A stretch of DNA of 53,194 nucleotides, filler included, from Sluysia triapertura (Eukaryota), in NCBI GenBank assembly GCA_046118255.1. It is 4 parts of 4 records of this genome, joined end to end, with 100 filler letters (N's around TTAATTAATTAA, not from the genome) between each part and the next. Parts side by side here need not be neighbours in the genome. Positions count along the whole stretch, not along the records: positions 25,167 to 39,609 come from JBJNIA010259070.1; positions 39,710 to 53,194 come from JBJNIA010037814.1; 2 more parts are not named here. The stretch is one strand, 5' to 3'. Under the pieces are notes generated by a model. The model did not search any database. It was not told the origin of the DNA and worked only from the letters and a program-made list of their open reading frames with translations. Positions 28,011-39,812 of the stretch are shown here, in pieces; position 1 is the first letter of the stretch; every line of letters starts with the position of its first letter. The translations under genes were made by a program, and so were the position numbers.

Positions 28011-28287
28011 TTATTTACCTACATCAGATAGAATAGTAGCACTAGAACTAGTAGTACTGGTGGTAGTAGAAGGGGTGCTGGTGGTCACTGCTGCTACCGA
28101 TGATAGTGGTGCAGCACTGGCATTATTCAATAACCGCTCTTGGATTTCTTTCACCAATACAATTCGATTATACATTTGTTTTAATTTTGAATCCACTAAT
28201 TTCTCGCAACTGTATTCGACTAATGAATCGATTCCGTTATATTTGGGAGTTAGAAAAACGCTATCCGATCGATCAGTTACAGAAGCA
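28011..28287 (-). CDS. ZMYM/woc-like, exon 8 (terminal)
   Basis: Acceptor tttag; the TG|T join gives YLDKC-ASVTDRSDSVFLTP...KQMYNRIVLVKEI, matching the ZMYM C-terminus. Ser/Thr-rich tail, then TAA. Confidence 0.9.
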
Positions 28288-31200
28288 CTAAATAACAAAA
28301 ATGATACAATAAACTAAGTGAATAATTTTTAAATATTAATTTATAGGGTGGAAATAAATACTTAATAGAACAAGTTATTTGCTTTGAGGTTTCTATTATT
28401 TTGTAATTTTAATTAGTCTCTATAAATAAATTAGTTGTGAGCATGGTGTACCTGATGAAGAGGCGGAAGTGCAAATTTTATTGGTTGAAACGTCTAAACT
28501 CGATCCACTAAGGTTTATTTAAATCAAAATTTACGCGCAGAAGTAGCACATTAAATAGTAATCCATCAAGAAAGAATTCGTATACTCAATATCCAAGAAG
28601 TTATTCAAAATATATAATTCAAAATATATTCAAATGATTTTTAATATGTTCATTGTTGTATAATGTCATAACCGAAATAAAAGAAAACACATACATAAAT
28701 AAATGGTATTAATACTTTCATCAGGAGATGAAGTAATAGAAATAAAGGTACTAATCGGAAAGAAATATTCAGAAAATTTTAAATTAGTTACATATGAACT
28801 GAATATTGTGAATCCCATTTGTATTAACAAAGAACACAAATAATAAACGTTTATACAAAGTTAGATTTTCGTGGATGAATGTAAAGTATTATCATGGTTT
28901 TCAATATGAGTATAATATGTTAATTATCCTAGTAAATAATTTGTTAATTAATAAAAATAGCAAAAATTGACCAAAATCATTAGTTAATGCTGTACATCAT
29001 AATATTGTTAATATTTAATTTCTTGATCGAAATAATTTTTTGTTGCTAATTTAATTGGTATTTTTTTGATTATCATAACGCATAAAATAATAAATATAAA
29101 TGATAATAATCCAGAATTAGAATTAATAAATAGCTAAAAAGTAGATAGTATCATTGTTTTAGAATATGTTATTGTATCATTGTAGATAGAATATGTTTCA
29201 GAAATTTTACTCATAATATTGATAAATTAATCTGTATTTAACGTAAGATCTTTAGAATGCATGAAATCATTGGTATTCTCAGCCATTTTCTGAAACATTC
29301 TTAGTCTTTTGGAAATGAGACTTAATGCGGCCCATACCAAGTACCAAGTATCTTTAAGTAAACTGTCCTGATTTCGGTAATGTTGATAAAGTTCTCAACA
29401 ATATATCCATATTCTAATAATTATATTTGATAACTGTGAATATAATTCATCCAAAATGTTGAAACATGTGAAAACAACTTGATAACACCTTTCGAATTAT
29501 GTGTACTACATTAGAATGTCAAAAAGACTTCATAGATCATGCATATGTACGTACAAAAAGAGATAACAATAGTAGCAACAGTCATAATAAATAACAATAG
29601 TTATTTATTATTGTGATAATTATGATAAAAATAATTGTAAAATTAAGTAATTATAACTTTATATTTTGTATGAATTGAGTAATCTGTTTATTGTCGATTT
29701 TTGTTGCTGTTTGTTTGTAATTATTACGAGTTAAGACATTAACTTTTCTCATTAGCAATGAATTAGTAATTAGTAACCTGCTACATTTTTATTTTTTAAA
29801 TTTTAAATTTCAATAAAAAAACAAATTTGCTAACCATTTGTCTAGATACAACTTGAATATTTCATAAAACTTTTTGTTTTCAGGATTCGTGATATTGCAT
29901 AAGCAAATTTTATTATCAGAGGATCCCGTGCCACTTAGAAAATTAATCTGTGTATCACTTATTTCAATTTGACTATGCTTTAAGTCTAGTAATTCTTCAA
30001 CGGAACGAATTTTTAAAACATAGCATATCAAATAACATATAGTAAACAAAACCACCTGAAATAAAAGTAAGAAAACATTGAAAATTAATGTTTCAATACA
30101 CTAAACTAAATGAGCACTAGACCAGCTCATTTATTTTAATAAATGATCATTAACGCCATTATAAAAAAAACTTCATAAATAAAATAAACACATTTTTAAT
30201 AAAATGTATTTTTCTGTTTCTTATAAATTAAATATTATGAAAAACAACACTTCTAATTCTTTAGCAAAAAGAAAAATTAACAAAATTAAATTTTAATTCT
30301 TTATATCAAAAATGCAACATTATGTCTGTAAATACTTCACTTCTGTGAAATAACTGCTACTTTGCGATTAATTAACAGCTAAAAAATAGCAGTATACGAA
30401 ATAGCACATCTATAGTGCACAAGTATAATTGCTTTATGAATTTGTAAGTGTATTTGCTTTGAAATTTTATTCTTGATGACTGTTCTACATCAAGAACGTA
30501 AATTATGGAATTAGATTATTGAATTACTTGAATTGGTAAAAAATAAAAAACATTCAAAGAAAAAACAAAACTTTCTTTGTAAAATCTAACAATTTTAAAA
30601 ATTTTAGCGCCATCTGGTGGCTCGCCCCTAGTTTGCGCAACTTTGCAGTAGACAATAAAATATTCCAATGCAGCACAATGTAGTAAAAAATTAATTTTAA
30701 ACATTAAAAAGCTAAACTTTTTTCTGTACTTTGCATAGCATCAAATTTACAAATTTTATTTTCTACTGTTATTTGCTATTTATAACTAGTCATAGAATTA
30801 TTGAAGTTTTACTTTTGATATAAATATTTTTATTATCAAAACTAACCACAGAATTGTAATTACCGAGTAGCCTGGCTTCCCAGAAATGAGCTTCTTCGAT
30901 ACGACATAAAAGAGTTTGATTTTCACTTAAAATCGGTTTAAAATTAGACAATATCGCATCAAGAGCATCATGAAAAAGACTGAATTCATCAAAATCACTG
31001 AATGAATCTAGTGGTCTTTTATTTTCAATCAAATACAGTTGAATACCAAGGCATCGATACATAATCGAATCAGGCACATATGGTTCATTATTCGGTTTCT
31101 TAACTTGTTGTACAAATGCTGCTAATGCATCATTCATTTCTGCAGGTGACAATTTCAATAGATCTTTTGTACCATTAGACCAATGTCTCCATGCATTCAC

Positions 31201-34200
31201 TCCATATGTATGTTTCAATCGCAAAATTTCTTTTGATTGAACTGTCGTTGAGGATTCTTTAGGCTTTTGTTCGGCGACTGGTGCATCCAATTTTCGAATT
31301 TTTGATTTAGTAAATTCATTACTCTCCATAAATTTATCTAGTTTTCTTTTCTGAAGTGAAACAAATTTAGATTTAATTAAGTATTTTAATGCATTGAGGT
31401 ACAAAATCATATTACATTGAGAATAATAGATTTTTTTCTAATTTTGATGATAAAAACAATAAATCGAGTTTAAAGGACGTTACTAAAACATCTATAGCTG
31501 AACATGCTAAAAAGTATTTAAAATAATTTATATGTACCACTATTTTATATACGAAATCAAAATTAGGCTTTTCATGGGGTTGATTTGCTAAGCTTACTTA
31601 AAGCAACAAATATATAAAATTCTTCTTAATTTGTTGTTATATTTGAATTATAAATTACATTCGATACTCAAATGCTGGAATCGATAATGATAATCGTTCA
31701 GATTGTGCATTTATGCAGCAAAACCTTGTGAATCAAACGCTAACGTAAAGATTTTCATAAAGCAGTTCACATCTACAAGGTTTTATTTTTTATAAGGGTT
31801 AGTGGCACAATATTTACACGTAATTTTATAATTTGAGTTCTACAAAGAACTATATTTATTTTCAAAATTGATAAACTGTGTATAATTAGGGTTAATATAG
31901 ATAACTTCATTTTATAACTTTTAAAAACGATTGATAAATAAATAAATAAAATATATGAAATTTAACACCAACACCACCAACAATAATAATAAAAATACCA
32001 ACACGAGGGACATTGTCAACAATTATGAAATAATTATTAAAGTTCGCTTGTAGAAGCTGCACAAAAAGCGACTAAAATTATTATTTGGAAACTGTTTTAG
32101 GCAAAGGATTAAAGGAGCGCGGCGAATATAAAGAAAATGATTTAGAAGTCCTTTGATTGTATATTCTGTACCAAAATTCGAAAGATTTTTCAAGCTACAA
32201 TGAATTTTAAATATACTGAGTTACGTTTAATTTCATCCGGTACCAAAGGTAAATTTTCTTAAAAACAATGATTTAAACATTGCATATATAAACTCATTAA
32301 CAATTCAATGATCCGGAAAATAGAAGAATCAATTGAGTCGAATTTAATTATACATTCAGATTACTGAAAAGCATATTAAACTGTATCTGTGTTGCATGTC
32401 ATGCTTCCGTTCATTATCACAAGATTAATCAATCAGTAAGCTTTGTCACAAAAAATTGTGCCGATATGATTAAAATAAGACAAATAGAAATTTAAAAGAA
32501 TGAATCGAATTCCAAAGAAAATAGTCTTACCTAGATTAAATTCGTCATAAAACAAAATTCGTAAACTGATCATTTTTAATAAAATTTAATAAAAATGATA
32601 TAACCAACTGTCAAGATTCGTAAACTATCTCCGATTGATACTTCTATTAACGATCAAATTAATACGCTATACGAATGTAAATATATTTCTTCAAATAGAA
32701 GAATATAATTTGAAATAAAATTCATTTTAAAATTTTAAAAGTAGAAAATATAAATTTAACAAGTTAAATGTACTTTAATGTTTTTAACAATAATCATTCA
32801 GTACTACTTAAAAATGTGCTTTGTTTGGTAAAGATGTTCAATAAGGGGCCAATTTCATTAATTAAAATATTAAATAAATTAGTTAAATTCAAAATATTAA
32901 ATAATACTAAAATTAATGATACTTCAATTACATAACATATATTTTAAATATATCAAATGTAGTTTAATTTAAATTACTCCATTCTGAAATATGTAAAATC
33001 AGTGTTAATAAAATTTTGTTATTATATCTTCTCCGCATAAATTCATCCAAAATACGAAGGAATCATTATTTTAGATGTTCCAAAAAAATATATATAAATA
33101 TTTGATATATCTTTAAAATATATATTAAATATATTATGTCATTAAAATATCTGAAAAACAATTAATATTTCTTTAATTAATTAATGAAATTGACCCCTTA
33201 GTGACCACCTTTACCCTTAGTTTTATATTTGATAAGTTGGAGATTTTGTTATGCAAACTTGACAACACAAAATATTTCAAAATGCTAAATCTAAATTTAT
33301 ACTAATTTTAAAACGACCAAAATACTTCGCAAAGTACTTGCAAATTCATAAAATTTCCACAAAACTAGCAGAGTATTTTATAATGCTTAATACTGTTTTA
33401 ATGCAGGGCATTAATCTGAGTATGACTAACGTTGTAGGTGTGATCAAAAAAAATAATCGAAATATTCGTTACTAGAGGCATGGCTAGTAGATTTTATAAC
33501 CTACAAATTTTAAATGATAAACTATCTTCGTTATATCCACACAAAGTATTTTTATGTTATCATTCCATTATGTAATTAATAACAGAGAAACTATTATGAA
33601 ATTAAATTTACAAATGTTTAAATGATTGTATGATATATCCTCTTCATTTAACGATTCCATGAAATTATGTTTTGTCAGTGAAAAACAATGGCTAATTAAA
33701 GCTTAAGGAAAATTTTAGAAAAAATATTAAAATTTTAATTTATGAAAATTTTTTTATATCCATTTATTAAATATTAATTTTAAATATTAAATATTAATTA
33801 ATTAATTTAAAATATAAACATTAAAATATAACTACCGTATTTTCTTGTATATAATCCGCTCTTAATATAACCCTCACACATATAAATGAAACAAAAAATC
33901 TTTGATAAATCACCAAATAAATATAAAATTAATTACAATTTAAAGGCTTCTCTTTAAATTATATCGTTTGGTTGTAGACAACATTATATTCATTGGAAAA
34001 TTAATATTTCTAAACTATTGACGTATAACCCGCATCCAAAAAAACCCTTTTTTCAATGCATAGCCCGCGGCCTAAAGGCAAGAAAATACGGTATATGAAT
34101 CACAACAAAAACTTTAAAAATTAATCACCACTACCATTATGTCTAGATAATTAAAAGTTTATGAAACTATAATTTTTATATTTATAAAATTAAATAGAGT

Positions 34201-37200
34201 TATTCACCCTTTTGTTAAATAAAAAGTTTGAAAAATACTAAACTTTTATTAAAAATTCTATAAAACACAAATTTTCAAATTATCTTTAAAATAGCTACTT
34301 CTATCATTCAGTGTAGAAATTACCGAATTATAACGACTTACATTAACATTAACAAACCTATCTAGCTTTTAATTAATTAGCGATAACATTTTTAATAAAA
34401 ATACTACTCTAGCTTTTAATTAATTAGCGATAACATTTTTCATAAAAATACTACTCTAAGTGATTGTCGATATATAATTTTTATTAGTCCTTACAATATT
34501 TCAAAAATACCTGTCCAACAGTTTGATTAATATTAGTCCCAGTATCAATGATTTCTTGATCATCTGTATCAACCGAATTTAATGCTGAACTTTCACTAAT
34601 AGGGGTATTTGTAGATTCTGAAGTTTTTTTATTGAACTCTGATGCAATAGATTCATTTTCAATTAGTTTATTATTATTATTATTAGAAGCTTCTTTATCT
34701 GACTTAGATTTTGACTTGATAAATACAGGAGCTGGTATGTATATTGGTACTGGCACAGGAATGAAAACGGGTTTAAAAACAGTTCGATATTCTAAAATAC
34801 AAAATAATTTCAAAATATATAATATATCTCGATTAAATCACAAAATTAATACTGTTACAATAATACACAACTTTTATGTTTGTACAATTTTGTTACTATT
34901 TTTATTATCAATTATTGATAAATTTATCTAATTACTATTATTATTATCGAATTGTTTTATTATTGAACATTAAACAATTAATTGGAATTAACTTGTTATT
35001 TTTATTAAATGTTAGCTTATTTTTATTTTATAAAATTATTATTAAATTACGTATTCATTAATTATATATTCATTAATTTTAATTTATATTATTTCGTTAA
35101 TTTTTGTTTGACCTAAGTCAAGGTCAACTCTATGAATCAGTACAAATACCAACAATATTTTCAATATCAACACAATTATTTTTTAACAAAAAATATTTGA
35201 AAGTTTCGTTCAAGAGTTATCCCAGACAAAATAAAGCCATTCGTTTATTTTTTAGGATTAGTACCGTCAGGTACCCTCGTACATTACATGTAAAATTTTT
35301 GGAACTTATTAGTTCCTTTCGTAAAACTAACTTTTAAACTAGCAAATAAATCAACTATTCTAAGTTAATTTTTGTAAGCTTTTATTATATATTATTACAG
35401 TTATATTTTTACCACTTACCATCTACATTGTATTATAATAAACTGGTGTAATTTATAAAGCTTCTAATTTAAATTCTAAAATAATTAAAAATTAATGCTA
35501 TAAGTGTTCTTGAATCTTTTTAAGAGATTCAGCGTAAAATATTATTTTCGAATTCTTTTAACGTATTCGCTGTAAACTATAATCTTTTTTATAAATTCAT
35601 CGTAATATATTATTTCGCAGATTTTTCGTAAAATTATTGTAACTATAAATTCACTTGACAAATTATTCTAACATAAGTCAAAGAATCCTTAAGAACGTTG
35701 ATTCAATTATAACTTCGTATCTTACCTCTTACACAAACTGTTTCTAAAATCCAACGACTAACCATAATCGGTAAGTCTAGTACCTTGGTGGACTCACTAT
35801 AATTAATAGTTTATTCTGAAGATAAGAAAAACTCTAGCAATATTAGCCGTACCACGTCTGGTCAAATGAGAGTTTTTAGCTTTTACTTTTACCATTTTAT
35901 GACTGTTAATTTTACATATAAGCAACTGTCAAATGACCGATGGCGGTCCAAATAGGTAAATATCAAACTTTGGTACGTTTAGCGTTAATATTAACTATTG
36001 TATAAAGAATCCCAATGCCTATTTGATATATAAGCATTTTACAGTCAAAAAATATAGAAAATATGAAATTTTATAGTAAGCAAATTAGATTCGTACTTGA
36101 AGTTAATATTTATAGAAATGAAAACTAATTATTGAATTATCAAAGATATTTATCAATTGCGTTTCTGTAAGAATTGTTTTTATTTAACAATTGACTTTCC
36201 TGTCTCGAGACTTCTTATACATATAATAAAACAGTATCGCATTTATATTAAATGATGCTTTTGTTCAATTTCATTTTAAATCTAATCCCAGAGCGACTTA
36301 TTTTTGAAATTTTTTTCAGTAAAAAAACTAATATAAGCGATACTTTAAAATGAATTCTAATCGATACGAACCATGAATTATTAATAATTCTGTTTTAATG
36401 TGCAATATCTAAATAAACTAAAGCATTCTTTATGAATTGAATATTTAAAGTAATAAAGCTACATTTGTTAATTAAAATCACAGAAAACAAATGAAATGTA
36501 GATGTACAAGCATTTAAGGTTAAACTAAAAATACAATATTAAAATATACCTTCATAGAATAAAACAGGAACTCAAAAAGTGTTTCGTACTGAGTTTATGT
36601 ATTACAAAATTATATCACCTGAAATTAGTGTGTGCATTAGAAAAACATTTTATTTATTTAGATACTCAAATAACTTTCTGCCTATTATCAAAAATTACTA
36701 TACATTTAATTTTAATTAATAAATTATAAATTTAATAAATTATCAAAATGTGATCACTAACGTATATTTCCTGTACCAGATGTATTTATAGATGAATCTG
36801 AAAATTGTGTTATTTTTGAATGTGATATCGGACGACACATTGTACATTTATTTTTTGTAGCAACTGGTACGGTTGGCTGGAGAATTACTTGCTGTTCAAT
36901 ACCAAGTTGTCTAACCATGTCTATTGGAACCACAGGAAAATTTCCCTGATTTTAAAATATTAATGTTTTTTATTCGTTTTATAAGTTTAATACATTTTTA
37001 ATTGTAGATTAATACAATTATGAATTTGTTTATGCTTATGAACTCAAAGGCATAAAACTTACTCGCGATGGCTTTCGTCCTCTTGGCCTTCCTCTAGCTC
37101 CAGAACCACTAACGGCGGTAGACAGCCTTAAACTATCTTGATCAAACTGATTAGCTGTTGAAGTATTTAAAACAATAGATGAAGGTGTGTAACGAGTATT

Positions 37201-37607
37201 CAAATTTAAACCAGTACCACCTTGTACTTGAACTAAATCACCATTTATGAAACTTTCACTTAAAATCATTTAAATTAATATCATTTAAAATAAATACTTT
37301 GATATCAATTTACCTCCTCTTCCAGTTCCAGCTATCCATCTAGGCTCTGTTACCTTATTTAAAATTATAATCTCAAAAAATATTTAAAAACATATTATCT
37401 AATGAGTATAATCAAAAATATAGGATTAACATTTAATGATAAGAAAATTATATTAACACAATAACTAACAATGTTAGATCCATCTGTTAAATCACCGCTA
37501 ATAATAGTAGCTCCAGACTCATAAACACCACCATTGGCATCTTGAATAATATAGGTGTTCTGATCATAATCACCCATTTGCACAACGTACTGATTACCTT
37601 CATTCAT
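28011..37607 (-). CDS. ZMYM/woc-family chromatin protein with DUF3504; 8-exon model, 1815 nt, 604 aa
   Basis: Exons 37607-37470, 37353-37314, 37232-37063, 36945-36762, 34791-34511, 31350-30847, 30055-29835 and 28287-28011; all introns GT-AG and phase-compatible. Motifs: GRPRGR, NKCTMCRP, PVPVPIYIP, LKHTYGVNAWRHW, CRIEEAHFWEARLLG. The junctions of exons 1-4 are less certain. Confidence 0.85.
29835..30055 (-). CDS. ZMYM/woc-like, exon 7
   Basis: ttcag|VVLFTICYLICYVLKIRSVEELLDLKHSQI...FKLYLDK; donor GTTAGC, phase 2. Confidence 0.88.
30847..31350 (-). CDS. ZMYM/woc-like, exon 6
   Basis: cttcag|KRKLDK...YGVNAWRHW...FVQQVKKPNNEPYVPDSIMYRCLGIQLYL...LLGNYNSV|GTTAGT. Confidence 0.93.
32827..33215. 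mobile_element. MITE with ~37-bp TIRs (intronic)
   Basis: ggtaaagatgttcaataaggggccaatttcattaattaa versus the reverse complement of the right end, ggtaaaggtggtcactaaggggtcaatttcattaattaa. Confidence 0.75.
33835..34091. mobile_element. Tc1/mariner (pogo-like) MITE (intronic)
   Basis: TA|ccgtattttcttg ... caagaaaatacgg|TA: perfect 13-bp TIR with a TA TSD. Confidence 0.85.
34361..34458. repeat. 47-bp tandem duplication x2
   Basis: tctagcttttaattaattagcgataacattttt(a/c)ataaaaatactac twice, one mismatch. Confidence 0.92.
34511..34791 (-). CDS. ZMYM/woc-like, exon 5 (proline-rich motif)
   Basis: ttttag|..YRTVFKPVFIPVPVPIYIPAP...QTVGQ|GTATTT. Confidence 0.9.
35720..35820. repeat. dispersed repeat D, copy 1
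   Basis: aaatccaacgactaaccataatcggtaagtctagtaccttggtggactcac resembles 44520-44570 aaatccaacagctggccctaatcggtaagcccaatacgttagtgaactcac. Confidence 0.65.
36762..36945 (-). CDS. ZMYM/woc-like, exon 4 (missed by the ORF track)
   Basis: atcag|GNFPVVPIDMVRQLGIEQQVILQPTVPVATKNKCTMCRPISHSKITQ...; phase-1 donor GTTAGT, with an alternative GTACAG donor in the same phase. Confidence 0.85.
37063..37232 (-). CDS. ZMYM/woc-like, exon 3 (AT-hook)
   Basis: ...SGARGRPRGRKPSR|GTAAGT. The acceptor at 37233 was chosen for phase; an alternative upstream acceptor is possible. Confidence 0.75.
37314..37353 (-). CDS. ZMYM/woc-like, exon 2 (40-nt micro-exon)
   Basis: aataag|VTEPRWIAGTGRG-G|GTAAAT; a GC-richer island between AT-rich short introns. 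Confidence 0.6.
37470..37607 (-). CDS. ZMYM/woc-like, exon 1 (putative start)
   Basis: MNEGNQYVVQMGDYDQNTYIIQ...GSNI|GTTAGT. An acceptor-like tttag lies 19 nt upstream of the ATG, so further 5' exons are possible. Confidence 0.7.
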
Positions 37608-38760
37608 ATTTGGAAATATAAAAATTCTAAATCTGAATAATTTTAATTTAATAAAAGTTTTGTTTCAATATGGCCTATTAAATTTAACCTTAATAATTCG
37701 TATTATTACACGGAAATATTAAATTAATAATAATAAAATGATAAAATTAAGAAATAACGTAAAAAATAAAAATGTAAGTTCATTATACACATTTTTCTAA
37801 ATATTAATGTCTTAGATAGTTGCTATTTGTATTAATTTTTAATATAAAATCTATATTCTATTTAAATAAATAAGCTATGCGTATTAAAACAATACATTTA
37901 TTCTTTGTATTAATGAAATTGTAGTCTTTATTTTGATTATAAATAAAAAGCAGACTAATAAATCAATATATTTTCCTACATAATAATTTTTAATATTTAG
38001 TATAATGATCAGAATATGCTTTAATGTTGAATTTTCATTTTAATTCTGATTTTTGAATTTGTTTAGAGGTATAAATGCGACAGTTCTTAATTTGATTATC
38101 CAGGTTAAAAAAGAAATGTTTTCAGTTAAAAAAGTGCCAAAAATATTTGGAACTCGAAACCAAAATGAATGTCATTAGTGACATGAAGAACTATTAACCT
38201 TCATGATGTTAATATTGTCTGTGTAGAAATTGGTGGTTAAAATATTGTAATTCGTGTTAAAACAAACTTATTAAAATTATCACTTTGTTAGCCCTTTGAA
38301 CTCCAGTCTTGTGTCTGATACTGTTATGACTTGATATTATGATGCGTTATGACTTTTGAATTTATAATTGTATGTATACATACTACGAAATTACTGATTT
38401 TTAATATTTATTTTATGACTTATTATTTGTAATTTTGTAATTCTTGGATTGATATCTTAATTTTAATATAAGTAATTTTTAATTAATGATTAGTTTTTTG
38501 CTAGGTTTTTTTCTTATTTTCCTAACAATTATGATTTTAAACACGGGTCCGTCTGCGGTATACGATTTATTACGTGAAGTAGACGTACCCACAGAAAGAA
38601 TAGCTACGGAAGAATTTCCTTAACCTTGCTAATACAAAACTCTTGAATGCAGATTATAAAGGTTTTTTTAATATGTCCTAATCAGGTCGTAATTTAAATC
38701 GAACTTTTATCTAAATACGTTTATTACTATTACAAAAAATCTAATTGCTCTATCAATGTT

Positions 38761-39609
38761 TTAAAACAATTCTATATCTGTGATGAATGTAGTGAGGACT
38801 TTAAAATAGATTAAAATATTATTATTTATGTCATTACTTTTAACCGATTTAATAAACATTCGACTATGTTCGAGTTCCTGTTTATCAACTTCGAAGGTAC
38901 AAATGTAAGTATATGCCCTTCTAGAATGAATTAACGCTATTTCGAAGTCAGGTGAATAGCTCACGGACATGTTACCTTCTTTTATACAACTAATATTATT
39001 ATTTAAAGGCGATAGACTCTGCATAACAAGTCCGTCATTATATTTTTGCTCTAGGGTAACTTCTCTGGTTATCGTGGCTAAAATTGATCTATTAATATTT
39101 ATCGAACAGCCTTTGTATCTATTCGCAACTGCTCTTTTACTATGCGTCGTCTTGACAGTAATTAACAAAAATATTGGTAATTTATTCTTACTCGAAATTG
39201 CAAAAGTTTCATGAGCGTTGAAATATAAAACACAGTTATAAAATTTAACATTTAAATTATTTATTTTTATTTTATACAACAAAAAACGAGTTTCTAGGCC
39301 ACCTTTGTTTTCCTTTATCCGTGTCTCCTTTTCCGTGAATCCGAGTTTGCTGCATATAATTCTAAAATTGTAATAAAAGGATATAATGAGATAAATATTT
39401 GTAAATATATATATAGTATTAAAGTTACTACCTTTCCAACTACCGATTGTCTTCATAACCAAACTAGGTGACCTGTCTTCTGTTAACTTCATTAGATAAT
39501 CATATTTATCATAATCAACGCAAAATTCGTATGCCGTGAATACCAGGTTCTGAGTTAGCTCTACTTCTTCACTAGACCATAGTTTACCGACTTCAACGAC
39601 ATGAGGAAA
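38761..39609 (-). CDS. orphan open frame of unknown product, 5'-partial
   Basis: The 243-aa ORF frame stays open upstream to the segment end (FPHVVEVGKLWSSEEVELTQNLVFTAYEFCVDYDKYDYL-MKLT...). It includes AT-rich stretches that may be introns. Confidence 0.45.
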   Translation of the reverse strand, partial: FPHVVEVGKLWSSEEVELTQNLVFTAYEFCVDYDKYDYLMKLTEDRSPSLVMKTIGSWKGSNFNTIYIFTNIYLIISFYYNFRIICSKLGFTEKETRIKENKGGLETRFLLYKIKINNLNVKFYNCVLYFNAHETFAISSKNKLPIFLLITVKTTHSKRAVANRYKGCSININRSILATITREVTLEQKYNDGLVMQSLSPLNNNISCIKEGNMSVSYSPDFEIALIHSRRAYTYICTFEVDKQELEHSRMFIKSVKSNDINNNILIYFKVLTTFITDIELF

Positions 39610-39709
39610 NNNNNNNNNNNNNNNNNNNNNNNNNNNNNNNNNNNNNNNNNNNNTTAATTAATTAANNNNNNNNNNNNNNNNNNNNNNNNNNNNNNNNNNN
39701 NNNNNNNNN
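39610..39709. other. artificial gap/linker
   Basis: N44-TTAATTAATTAA-N44. Confidence 0.97.
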
Positions 39710-39812
39710 CAAATTATTTTCTTTATGAGGTTCAGGAGGAGAAACATGAGGTTCCTTCACGAAACCCATGGGCTCGAAGGGTTCCTTGAAGTATAAAAGG
39801 TTGAAGACCCTG
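39710..39812. mobile_element. end of a hAT/Charlie-like element (truncated at the gap)
   Basis: Repeated ggttcc subterminal motifs, terminus aaaggttgaagaccctg, followed by gtttagat (close to the NTCTAGAN target preference). Confidence 0.55.

Noticed and set aside
28011-31350. Active Crypton transposon
   Set aside because: The exons splice to host-type ZMYM motifs and the recombinase HxxR and Tyr residues are absent; this is a domesticated gene.
34361-34458. CRISPR-like repeats (also 20120-20335)
   Set aside because: Only two adjacent units, no spacers, no cas genes and a eukaryotic context.
11474-39709. TTAATTAATTAA palindromes between N runs as biological sites; gene neighbourhoods across them
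   Set aside because: They are identical 100-bp six-frame-stop linkers and therefore assembly artefacts. ACO2 does not continue past one, so cross-gap synteny is not interpretable.
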